A stretch of DNA of 64,000 nt from a bacterium (lineage in GTDB: Bacteria; Planctomycetota; Planctomycetia; Isosphaerales; Isosphaeraceae), in NCBI GenBank assembly GCA_016125085.1, contig WGMM01000029.1, forward strand, positions 16,745 through 80,744, in the 5' to 3' direction. The position numbers and the translations under genes were made by a program. A model generated the notes under the pieces. That model was not told the DNA's origin. It worked only from the letters and a program-made list of their open reading frames with translations, and did no database searches. This document shows positions 12,001 through 18,500 of the stretch, in pieces. The stretch's first letter is position 1. Each line of letters begins with the position of its first letter.

Positions 12001-13051
12001 GCTCCCCGTTGATGAGGATCACGAGATCGGGGTTCGGCCCGGGGTCATCGGTCAGGCCGGGCGGACCGAACTGGCCGTCTTTCAGCATGGCGATGCCGCC
12101 CGGGTGGAGCCCTTCCCCACCGGAGAGATTGAATACGTTGCCGACGACGTTCGTACTGCTCAGGCTCGTCTGAAGGAGCCCGGACGTGGGGATGGTAAAT
12201 CCGTCGCTGGAGCCCGCCGAACTCAGGCTCGGCACCCCCGCCACGCCGGGATCGAGGTAAAAGTTGCTGCTGACGGTGCAGTTGGTCAGCGCCAGCGAAC
12301 CACCCTGGTTGTACGTCCCTGCACCGTTCAAGGCAGAGTTGACGCTGACTGTACTGTCGCTCAGCGTTGCCGTGCCCCGGTTGATCAGGCCACCGCCGTC
12401 TTTCGCTGAGTTGCCGCTGATCGAAGAACCGGTCAGCGTAAGCGTGCCCAGGTTGAAAATGCCGCCGCCGTCGTTGCTGGCCGTGTTGCCGCTCACCGTG
12501 GTGTCGATCAGCGTCGCGATGCCGCGGTTGTACAAGCCGCCGCCGTCACTGCCGGAGTTGCCGCTGACCGTAGCGTCGGTCAGCGTAAGCGTGCCCTGGT
12601 TGTAGAGGCCGCCGCCTTCGCTTACGCCTTGGCCTCCAGCGATCGTCAGTCCCGAGATCGACGCCGTTACGTTCCGGTTGATCTGGAACACCCGGCTCAG
12701 TTGGTTGCCGTTCACCGAGACACCCGCCGCGGGGCCGATGATCGTCGCGGCACCCGTCGTGTCGGTCAGCTCGAGCTGCGAGCCCGACAGGTAGATCGTT
12801 TTCGGGGTGGCGAACACCGTGCTGTCGAACGTGATCGTGTCAGCGCCCGGGTTCGAATTCGCCTGGCCGATGGCCCATCGCAGCGATCCGGGGTTGCGAT
12901 CGTCCGTCGTGTTGTACACCGCGAATGTGGAGAGCAGCGTGCGTTCTTCCAGCGCCAAAAGATTCGGACGCAGTCCCAGGCGTTGGCCCCTGCGGGCCTT
13001 GACCGTGCCGCGCCCGAATCGTCGCTGATCGCCTGTCCTGAAGTAACTCAT
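1..13051 (-). CDS. giant secreted/cell-surface beta-helix repeat protein (N-terminal 4350 codons; C-terminus lies beyond the left window edge)
   Basis: The minus-strand frame with codon first bases at coordinate = 1 mod 3 is open from ATG 13051..13049 to position 2 with no stop. The ORF track lists no minus ORF in this frame between 1 and 13051, which fits an ORF with no in-window stop. My translation starts MSYFRTGDQRRFGRGTVKARRGQRLGLRPNLLALEERTLLSTFAVYNTTDD. It continues with repeated (T/S)LTNCT(V/I)SGN(S/T)A..GGG(L/I)(Y/F)N beta-helix units, Ig-like linkers, and then an 11-residue repeat region. An alternative in-frame ATG lies at 13123. Confidence 0.85.
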   Translation of the reverse strand, partial: MSYFRTGDQRRFGRGTVKARRGQRLGLRPNLLALEERTLLSTFAVYNTTDDRNPGSLRWAIGQANSNPGADTITFDSTVFATPKTIYLSGSQLELTDTTGAATIIGPAAGVSVNGNQLSRVFQINRNVTASISGLTIAGGQGVSEGGGLYNQGTLTLTDATVSGNSGSDGGGLYNRGIATLIDTTVSGNTASNDGGGIFNLGTLTLTGSSISGNSAKDGGGLINRGTATLSDSTVSVNSALNGAGTYNQGGSLALTNCTVSSNFYLDPGVAGVPSLSSAGSSDGFTIPTSGLLQTSLSSTNVVGNVFNLSGGEGLHPGGIAMLKDGQFGPPGLTDDPGPNPDLVILINGEQITYNLDTGTNPLGYDITNINTYAGWRDSGHSRQDYTVLYSTVLDPTRFQVLSDVSTPTFDGSPSDTAAFLTSSTGILASHVAAIRFSFPLPQNAYVGYRELFVQGTPSTGVVPSRGSGLFNSSGNATLVNCTFSGNSGATGAGLYSPGGTTTLTNSIVAGNTSDISGNVTGSHNLIGTGGSGGLINGTNGNIVGVANPGLGVLGSYGGPTLTMPLLPGSPAIGKGTASGVTADQRGFALDAPIDIGAFQRQSSLLVVNTTVDGPAAAGRLSLRQAVNLANLLEGDQSITFDPVVFATSQRITLGGTLLELSDTTGTTTITGPAGGVTVNADGKSRVFQIDPNVKASISGLSITGGNAGYGGASAGYNGWSPQNYSGNYDGGGLLNQGTLALTNCTVSGNSALSGGGLFNSGTVTLTNCTFVGSNARESSLGGGVFNSGTATLTNTIVAGNFVFGYGLSDPTDIGGSVNGTFNLIGDGNTAGGLTDGVDGNLVGRSLSSIFPTDASGNPVLGTYGATGQTVALLPGSPAIDAGTSGAGVLTTDERGKRRFGAVDIGAFESQGFILKAVAGSSPQSADIGKSFANALGLTLTANDPVEPVDGAAVDFVVNPVDGARAYLSSSSAVISGGLASVTAAPNNALGSYTVVASLTGSPPVSFALTNTGTPFTKLVVNTTQDALTPTSGLMSLRKAISLLDLDSTGISGITFDPAVFSTHQTITLSGAELELSNTTETMTITGPAAGLTISGGGLSRVFHVDSNVTASISGLTISGGNTSVSGGGVYNQGTLTLTDCTVSGNTASGVGGGVWNSGGSRATLTNCTVVGNTAGRYGGAIADSGQATLTNCTVSGNTAGRGGGGLSTSFSPTSSTGMTLTNTIVAGNITTNTRPNAESDVRGYPLSGGYNIIGIATVGYKTGWTTTDLTGSKAAPLNPMLVPLGDYGGPNQTLALLPGSPAIDAGTSVAGVLATDERGVSRVGGVDIGAFESEGFTLTVSAGSQQNANIGSAFAKPLTVTVAANNPLEPVNGGVISFGGKPFNGPTAVPSVPSTVIAGGRATITAAPNNALGSYDFVASAGGLSTTSFALTNTGTRFAALVVNTTSDSLAPGAGLLSLREAVGFANYDSLGMSNITFDPIVFASAQTITLTGTPLELLNTTEAVTITGPAAGVTVSGGGLIRVFQVEKGATASLSGLTISGGTTSGNGGGLYVIGTATLTNCTVSGNSASSGGGLFNVGTVILTGSTVSGNSGKGDRAGGGLYNLGTATLTDCTISGNAADGAGFNNRNTRYVNDNGGGLYNVGSAALTNCTVSGNSAKGLGGGLANYPLATLTLTNSTISGNSAKYGGGFFNQGAGTLTLTNSTVSGNTGLSSGGGGISNGTTKLTNTIVAGNVRPGSQFTSDLSGRIVSAGYNLIGVANGGSGFVGSDLRGSSSVPLKAMLAPLGYYGGLTQTMPLLPGSPALDAGAGGASVPATDQRGSIRSGVVDIGAFESSGFALAIASGSGQTASGVFSAALVVTVTASNPSEPVAGGLVTFTAPTEGPSATLTGSPAVIGGDGNASVVAASNFVGGSYIVSATFRGTADSADFSLTNFALMSIALSPGKPLLALGVAAQLTATGTFSDGSTQDITKSAEWASGTPSVAAFSGFTVTGLDLGTSTITASMAGITSPEVTLTVIAPSFVVNTTADTSSVYSGTTSLREAIQSANLVPGQTITFDPAVFTGGQTISLTLGQIELSNQAGTETITGPAGGVTVSGGGRSRVFQVDEGVTALFSGLTISGGSTTGNGGGLYNRGTATLTDCTISGNSASGSGGVSNSGGTITLTNCTISGNTAGFVGGMGNYFGTAVLIDCTISGNRSTSEVGGFGNFRGTSTLTDSTVSGNTAAGNAGGILKQYGTLTMTGCTISGNSSGDKGGGLYVFDEQFGYDDADVTTLNSCTISGNTAKNKGGGVYSYRAGLEFFTDCTIVGNSTLDGGGIYNFSRMTLTNTTVKGNSAINDGGGIFNRRLIRLTTCTISENTAGINGGGMYNDSRSFLTNSFVTGNSAATGGGLFDNRGSQTLNNSVVAGNTAVGGGGFDPGTAPDVQDKFITSLGRNLIGVADGSAGWFPSDFIGTSTHPVVYWTGNAGNNDWDTASNWVGNAVPGQNPLVIPKVVIPNGVTVTHAGNTTETIDSLSVGSGATVDTSAGKFAFDAMSGQETATFLTTLIMTGTGSVIVNGGSLTGSGLIRGNVTSSARVNPTGSIVIGGSFTQTVTGTIDISLAGTVGGIDYGQLYVNGAASLNGTLNVALAAGFAPGDDNAFVPLSFGSIAGDFGSKSLPAGLSFLYNANTLILLPPAPAATTSGDATQRTIPQATVTVPSNAARLNLESLPVGATVTINSNPDESAVTGPNQNFTAIIPLSARFANLVVNGGAASNTNIVNGFLGALTLNPAGTDNTFIALNTKPVSVPTATGGKITSDTFVVNLNTPNVVQTPLSFPGSTDPKSLLDPSLLVTGSLATLVLGGRFQKAVVGSGVTLYAAPAVVSGGTAVPGTHVLIVGSGNKVFGAAGAVVQAYSGGNTVIQSSDSAITAIVNAYAATTGPQAQSYLNSVPIAQQAFLQANAAGIAKFLAGDALSLAAFLRGNPASISQYLVLNSAAAQAFLAGNSAAVAQYLATNTAAASAYLTANSAAVTAFIAGEPDAQQSFLRQNGAAVASYIASNSTALAAFLNADSGGISAYIASNSTALAAFLQANPNAPNGGAELQAYLRQNPTLLSSFLTSNPATLQTYLAGNSTSLQSYLTANPSALSAYLQANARAVSQYIASNTAARQAFLQQGSAGVSAYLASTPAARQAFLSADPAGLSAYLVSASPQSTIDAFLATNPAARSAYLNGGIASLQAFLMGDGNALAAFVDAAPGGLGAYLASSPSALQSYLVANSSALQSYITQNAASIAAYIVGDPINALTYLAADSDGVSSYIVSNPTATSAYLRANPSASQAYLEGGSTGLFAFLQVNATSLQLFIASNPSILQQYLVSAPTGLQQYLAANPTGLSGYLASYSTALQQYLTSNPATLQTYLVTNAAALQTYVTSNPSALQQYLSTNATIIEQYIAANPTALQTYLTANSAALQTYLASNPAALQRYLSSSPAVLQQYLSNSPAALQGYLRQNSAAVVQYLSGNASAQAAFLRQNSAAIAAWLAGNPTAISAFLAADSAGISAYIAANSAMASVFIAGNDAAQAAYGSGDAAGQAALQSYLQANPALLSRYLGINPATLQTYLASSPAALQSYFASNPAGLAAYLAQAPAVIAQYIANNSTALQAYLASNPTGIAVYLASGPAAVQSFLRQNGASVASYIASNSTALAAFLNTDSGGIGAYIATNSTALAAFLQANPNAPNGGAALQAYLRQNPTLLSSFLTGNPNVLGAYLASSPASLAQYLQANASALQSYLSQNATAIAQYIVSNPVGLQAYLAADAAGFSAYLTSNSTLLSAYLASSAFTGDPAAVAANGAGTLAAYLATNPSSMQVYVASNPAILQQYLLSNPASLQTYLTGNSGIVAVYLASSPASQQAYLAANVAGMSAYLTSNSSLLNAFLSWDTTSGNGKANAAWQSGGSVGLLAYLTADPSDLQAYIAWQGTSNNLLQLYLASSPTALAQYLSSASTALAQYIRANPAALSSFLTDNPAILIQYVMANPARLQQYLTANPAALQTYLTANPSVLQQFLAIDSTLLQQYLAGNPAALSQYLVSNAAALQTYLEENPSALLDYLQSSPTSLSQYLTANPAVLQMFLLNNPALLSQFLAAEPSLLQQFLQTNPAILEQFLHTEGATGAARILTGSLLSNFRLNVTLPGSGNQATGGPLSTFDIGTDSLFIESIDSSQLAMVTNGIASGLAASAFRVNVTAHGSNNTLIGGLLANFTVTGSDGGNTFVIEDSGLLGLPAGTAIPASLTGTFSGNGPDDTFFFVGGSSGIEFGSIVLNVPTGVTGDTLDFSNFQGGGIKLDLAATGSQVVSTNANLQLSLPSSGT
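607..4285 (-). repeat. 33-nt / 11-residue tandem repeat region of the giant CDS (consensus about x-x-N-P-x-A-L-Q-x-Y-L)
   Basis: A strict 33-nt register is visible on the plus strand, for example ten consecutive 33-mers from about 2672 each ending in ...ga|g(a/g)ta. Translation of the minus strand gives MANPARLQQYL TANPAALQTYL TANPSVLQQFL AIDSTLLQQYL AGNPAALSQYL VSNAAALQTYL EENPSALLDYL and so on. Some units are longer, for example ANPNAPNGGAELQAYL. Confidence 0.85.
5600..12895 (-). repeat. five tandem modules inside the giant CDS (CSLREA-like motif + parallel beta-helix repeats + DIGAFE-type end motif)
   Basis: Module starts (GSLRWAIG, LSLRQAV, MSLRKAI, LSLREAV, TSLREAI) lie near 12895, 11200, 9955, 8680 and 6930. 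Module ends (D-Q/E-R-G-x-x-R-x(4-5)-D-I-G-A-F-E/Q) lie near 11251, 10325, 9053 and 7544. The fifth module lacks that end motif and runs to about 5600. The recurring plus-strand string gttgccgctgacggtgcagttggtcag is the reverse complement of LTNCTVSGN. Confidence 0.75.
6985..7210 (-). other. Big_2-like bacterial Ig domain within the giant CDS
   Basis: The translation is KPLLALGVAAQLTATGTFSDGSTQDITKSAEWASGTPSVAAFSGFTVTGLDLGTSTITASMAGITSPEVTLTVI. This has the typical Big_2 pattern (L.atg.fsDGs..dvT....W.S......tv...G.vt....G...ita). Confidence 0.5.
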
Positions 13052-13203
13052 GCTGCTGTCTCTCTGATGTTCGTGGTAAACGACATGTGACCGACAGCCT
13101 CGCCCCTCGCCCTTACGAACCATGAACCGACAGGCAGGGCTGTGCTGTCTCCAAAGAAGAGCGGGTGCGGCCCGCCATGAGGATCAGCGAATCGAAGCGA
13201 TCC

Positions 13204-14376
13204 TTACGAACCAGGAATTTCGGAATTCCGGGGACGACCGCTCACGTGCGGCTCCCGCAGCTCCGGCGACACATCAGCCAGCGCCGCATCGGGGACGACG
13301 AACGAGTTTTCCAGCAATTTCTCGTCGTCGTTGATCAAGTCCGGATATCGCCGGCCCGGCAGCACGGTCACGGCGAAGACCTCCTGCACAGCGGTCTCGA
13401 AACGCAAGAGAGCGACGACTTGCCCGGAAGTCAGGTCGATCACGCAGACGCCGCAGGTTCTCTCTTCTTCGGGCAGCCGCTCGGTAATCGGAATGCCGCT
13501 GAAGACCGCGCTTTCACGCACCTGGGAGAGGCCCACGAAGGCGAAATTCCCGGCGAAATCCACGCCCCGCGTGAAGCCTGAAACTTCGGCGATCGGCTCA
13601 TACTTGCCGGTTCTGAGATCGATGTAGCCGAAGGTCCCTGCGCCCGATTCGCACACCCAGAGCCGCCCGCGATACCATCGCGGCGAGTGGGGCATCGAAA
13701 GGCCCCGCGTGATCACCTCGCCCGAGGCTACGTCCATGACGATGCCGCCTCTCGCCTTGTTCGCCCGCCAGCCGGCCGGCGTGTCCGTCTCGCCCAGCGC
13801 CGTGACGTACTTCGGCTTGCCGTCGAACATCCCCAATCCGTTCAGGTGGCATCGGTCGGTCGGCTCAAGGGCCGAGACGAACGGCGGCCGCCAGCGGGGC
13901 GTGAAGCTCGCGGACTTGTCGATCGTGCAGAGACACGAGAACCGCGTGTTGACGGCCCAGAGTTCCTCGCCGCTGCCCCAGGCCATATCGTGAATCTGAA
14001 TGTTGCCCGTGAAATGGGCTGACCGGGGCAGAAAGCACGCATCGTGCCGACCGGTCGGTTCCAGCCGCGCCGCCACTGCCGGGACGTCGACGTATTCCCA
14101 CACATGTATCTGCGTGCCGACCGCCAGGCGGTTGCCGGCCACGGCCAGGCCCATGGGTGAGTGAAAGGCGCGGAAGTGCGCGTTGAGGTGATCTCCTTCG
14201 TCGCGGACCAGCACGAGCTTGCCGGCCTGATAGGTGGTGACAAGGAGCGACGCGCCGATCTGACGCAGAATCGCAGGGAAGTTCGCCGTGTGAACCGCCC
14301 GAAGTTGTATCGCGGCATCCGCCACGGAGAGTTCCGGTTCTGGCATCGGTTCGGCGATTGAAGCGGCTGTCGTCAT
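13204..14376 (-). CDS. TIGR03032-family (DUF4915-like) conserved hypothetical protein
   Basis: The 390-aa ORF carries motifs I associate with TIGR03032: SPMGLAV..NRLAVGT, HDMAW....LWAVNTRFSCLCT, FTPRWRPPFVS, DRCHLNGL, SMPHSPRW..GRLWVCESG. It is co-directional with, and 152 nt upstream of, the giant CDS. Confidence 0.7.
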   Translation of the reverse strand: MTTAASIAEPMPEPELSVADAAIQLRAVHTANFPAILRQIGASLLVTTYQAGKLVLVRDEGDHLNAHFRAFHSPMGLAVAGNRLAVGTQIHVWEYVDVPAVAARLEPTGRHDACFLPRSAHFTGNIQIHDMAWGSGEELWAVNTRFSCLCTIDKSASFTPRWRPPFVSALEPTDRCHLNGLGMFDGKPKYVTALGETDTPAGWRANKARGGIVMDVASGEVITRGLSMPHSPRWYRGRLWVCESGAGTFGYIDLRTGKYEPIAEVSGFTRGVDFAGNFAFVGLSQVRESAVFSGIPITERLPEEERTCGVCVIDLTSGQVVALLRFETAVQEVFAVTVLPGRRYPDLINDDEKLLENSFVVPDAALADVSPELREPHVSGRPRNSEIPGS

Positions 14377-15547
14377 GATGTCATGCCTGCATTCTTAGAA
14401 AAGTTCGAAGTCGATTCTTCGGTGCGTGGATCGCTCACGATCGCAGTCAGAAGCCTCCCATGTGCCAGAGACAATAGAGCCCGGCCTTCAGGCCTCGAAG
14501 ACATCTGTTCCGGACGGGGAAGATCGAACGCAAAACCCTGCGAGGAAAGGGACTTCAGTCAGCAGGTCGCAGCGATCGTGTAGCGGGACTGCTCGACCGC
14601 TTGCGACCCCGGGAAATCCCTGGTCTTCATTGCCAATGCTCTCGTCCCGGCTCAGAATTGCCCGTTCGAATCGTGGTTTCAGGCGAAGCTCGGACACCAT
14701 GATTCAGGAGTTAAGCACCTTCTCTACACGGGCCTGAATATGAGTACTGACAGCCCGGAATGAATCGAGACAATCTTCCAGAAGAAAAATCTGATGCCGC
14801 CCAGCCATACATGAAATTCGCTTTTTTCGGCTGAACCTTTGCGGCACATCGCCTCGATTCGAACTCGCCTGGGTTCGTCGTTCCTTCGTACTTGACCAGG
14901 TAAAAATGTCTGGATGCTTTATTGCGGCTCGAAGCACATCACTCACTTATCGAAAGTGCCGCTCGCGGGGAAACGGGACCGGTTCGTAATGCGCGTCGAA
15001 CGAAGGGAAAACCGATCGCAATCATGATCGAATCATAATCCTCGTGGGCGTCGCGTCACGGCCACCCGTGGCTGACGGTTGCGTAGAGGCTGAAGCCTGA
15101 AAAATCCGTTCGAAGCCGGTAGCTAAAAACTGGTTTTTTGGAATCGACTCTTCGTCGATAATAGTGCATCGAGAAGAGCACGTTACGAAGGTTGTGCGGG
15201 TACGTGGCCGGGACCATGTCGATGCGCCTTTTCACGCGTCAGGGTTACGGAATGCCGATTTCGTAACGGCATGAAGGACGGTAATCTGGTCGCATTGCGG
15301 GAAGGCCGGAGGTCGACGGGAGAAGGTCCCAGGAGGACCCGATATCGGTTCGATGCCGGCGGAAGGCTGAGGGACGGACATTCAAGGAGCGTTCGGCCGA
15401 ATTCAGTCCGGAACGGGATGGTTCGATCTTGAGACGAAAGCTCTCGATGTCCTTCTTGACGGCATCTCCGAAAGCGTCGAAGAAATACTTCTCCCGACTG
15501 CGCCTTCTGTCTGCCGATTTCGCTGAACCGGTCGGAGGACCCCTGCG

Positions 15548-18500
15548 ATGAACGAACTCGACCTGTTCGCTGCCGCGATTGCGATCGACGACTCTCGCGA
15601 GCGTGATGCCCTGCTGGATCGTGAATGTGCCGGCCGCCCGGAGCTGCGCCTGCGGCTCGACGAGCTGCTGGTCGAGCACTTCCGAATCGACCCGCGATCC
15701 GATCGACCGGGCTGCGAGCCGACCACGTCTCTTTCCGCAACGGAGGCTGGAGATATGGGCACCCAGATCCGATGGAAGCCGGCCGACGACGTGGAGATGG
15801 ACAAGACCTTCATCGATCGGCCGCAGGATTATGCCGAGCCGGGGATCTTCGGCCCGGGCGATCGCGACAAGAACGAGCAGGCCGGCACCGTCATCGCCGG
15901 CAAGTACACGCTGGCCGAAGTCATCGGCGAGGGCGGCATGGGCTCCGTCTGGCGGGCCCGGCAGACCGAGCCGGTCAAGCGGTTCGTCGCGGTCAAGCTG
16001 ATCAAGGCCGGCATGGACTCCCGGCAGGTCCTGGCCCGGTTCGAGGCCGAACGCCAGGCCCTCGCGATGATGGATCACCCCAACATCGCCAAGGTGCTCG
16101 ACGGGGGGCTGCACCAGGGCCGGCCCTACTTCGTGATGGAGCTGGTCAAGGGCATCCCGATCACCGATTATTGCGATCGGAAACGGCTCACCCCGAAGGA
16201 GCGGCTCGATCTTTTCGTCCCGGTCTGCCAGGCGATCCAGCATGCCCACCAGAAGGGGATCATCCACCGCGACATCAAGCCCTCCAACGTGCTGATCGCA
16301 CTTTACGACGACCGGCCCGTGGTGAAGGTGATCGACTTCGGCGTGGCCAAGGCGACCGGCGGAGCGCTCACCGATCAGACCCTCGATACCGGCTTCGGCG
16401 GCGTGGTCGGCACGCCCCAGTACATGAGCCCCGAGCAGGCGACGTTCAACAATCTGGACGTCGACACTCGCAGTGACGTCTATGCCCTGGGCGTTCTGCT
16501 CTACGAGCTGCTGACCGGCTCACCGCCGTTTTCCAGGGACGAACTGGAGAAACGCGGCGTCCTGGAGATGCTGCGGGTGGTGCGTGAGGAGGAGCCGCCC
16601 CGGCCGAGCACGAAGCTCTCGACGGCCGATGCGCTGCCGTCGCTTTCGGCCAACCGGAGCACCGTGCCTTCGAAGCTGGCGGGCCTGCTGCGGAACGAAC
16701 TCGACTGGATCGTGATGAAGGCGCTGGAGAAGGACCGGTCACGGCGTTACGAGACGGCCAACGGGTTCGCGGCCGACGTGCAGCGATATCTGGCGGGCGA
16801 GGCGGTTCTGGCGCACCCGCCGAGCACTGGCTACCGGCTGCGGAAGTTCGCGCGAAAGCACCGGGTGGGGCTGACGACGACGGCGGCGCTGGCGCTGCTG
16901 CTGGTGGCGGGGGTGGCCGCCAGCACCTGGCAGGCGGTGCGCGCCACGCGGGCGGAGGCGGCTGCGCGGCTCGCGGAAGGCGTCGCGGTGCGGGCGCAGC
17001 GGGCCGAAGCCGAGCGAGCCGAGGGCGAGCGGCTCGCCAGGCTCGACGCGCAGGCCAGGAAGGCCGAGGCCGAGCGAGCGCAGATTCGCGCCGAGGCGGG
17101 CGAGGCACTTGCCGGCGAGCGGCTCGTCCAGGTCGAGGCCGAGAAGAAGAAGGCCGAGGAGGAGCAGCAGATCGCCCAGGCGGTGAAGGTCTTTCTGCTA
17201 AATAAGCTGCTGGCCCAGACCGACGTGAGTCAGCAGGCCGACGCGCTGCTGAAGGCGGGCGGCACGGCGACCGAGGCGCGGCCGAACCCGACCATCCGCG
17301 AGCTTCTCGACCGGGCCGCCAGGGAGCTGGCGCCGGACCGGATTGAGCAGAGCTTCCCGGGGCAACCTCGGGTCCAGTCCGAGATTCTCGCCACGGTGGG
17401 CAACGCCTATCGTGGCATCGGCGAATTCCCGGCGGCGATCGAATTCCTGAAACGGTCCGAAGCCTTGTGCCGGCAACACGGCGGCCCCGAGCACCCCAGT
17501 ACGCTCAACAGAATGCACCTTCTTGCCCTCGCGTATGAAGCCGCCGGCAAGCCGATGCTGGCCGTGCCGCTCTTCGAGGAAACCCTGAGGATTCGAAGGG
17601 CCACGCTCGGCCCCGAGCACCAAGACACGCTCAATACGATGAGTTCGCTCGCCGGGGCGTATAGTTCCGCCGGGGAGGCTGACCTGGCCGTGTCGCTCCA
17701 CGAGGAGACCCTGAGGATTCGAAGGGCCACGCTCGGCCCCGAGCACCACGACACCATCGCCGGAATGAGCAACCTCGCCCTGGCATACCGCCACGCCGGG
17801 AAGGTGGACCTGGCCGTGCCGCTCGCCACAGAGGCGTTGAGACTGACGAAGGCCAAGCTTGGCCCCGACCACCCCGATACGCTCAGCGGCATGAGCAATC
17901 TCGGCATGCTGTATAAGGTCGCCGGGAAGCCGGGCCTGGCACTGCCGCTCTACGAGGAGGCGTTGAGGCGACAGAAGGCGAAGCTCGGCCCCGAGAATCC
18001 CAGCACCCTGACCACGATGAACAGCCTCGCCGCGGCGTATCTTGACGCCGGGAAGGCGGACCTGGGGCTGCCGCTCATGGAGGAGACCGTGAAGCTCAGG
18101 CGGGCCACGCTCGGCCCCGAGCATCCCAGGACTCTCGACAGCATGGGCAACCTTGCCCTGGCGTATAACATGGCGGGGAAGGCGGACCTGGCCATGCCGC
18201 TCATCGAGGAGACCCTGAAGCTCCGGCGTGCCACACTCGGCCCCGAGCATCCCAGGACACTCGACGGCATGAGGATCCTGGCCGGCACGTATAACGCCGC
18301 CGGGAAGGCGGACCTTGCCGTGCCGCTCTACGAGGAAACGCTGAGGCGACAGCAGGCGAAGCTCGGCCCCGAGCACCCCGACACGCTCACCACGATGGCC
18401 AGCCTCGCCGTGGCGCATCTCGCCACCGGGAGGGCGGACCTGGGCCTGCCGATCTTCGAGGAGACCCTGAAGCTCAACAAGTCAAGGCTTGGTGCCGAGA

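Noticed and set aside
357-12605. Dozens of track ORFs on both strands within 1-13 kb, for example 3953..5383 + (476 aa), 5217..6089 +, 368..1147 +, 357..1292 - and 8943..9587 -.
   Set aside because: They are mirror-strand or out-of-frame readings of the giant minus-strand CDS. They are Arg/Pro/Gly-rich or read as reversed repeat text (PPP...LTV...), and none gives recognisable domains. The 1 mod 3 minus frame gives coherent beta-helix, Ig and 11-mer repeat protein throughout.
13052-13123. Upstream in-frame ATG at 13123 as the start of the giant CDS.
   Set aside because: It would add MVRKGEGRGCRSHVVYHEHQRDSS, which has no signal-like character and no purine-rich tract upstream. ATG 13051 follows a GAGAGA tract and gives the short basic N-terminus typical of LExRxLLS proteins. 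It is kept only as an alternative.
14704-14946. 80-aa minus-strand ORF in the divergent intergenic region.
   Set aside because: It has no recognisable motif, odd composition and no ribosome-binding signal. It lies in an A/T-rich non-coding-looking stretch.
15400-15530. Protein-like minus-strand stretch REKYFFDAFGDAVKKDIESFRLKIEP as a small gene.
   Set aside because: No in-frame ATG, GTG or TTG lies upstream before the frame runs antisense into the kinase gene. At best it is a relic, and it is reported only as part of the intergenic observation.
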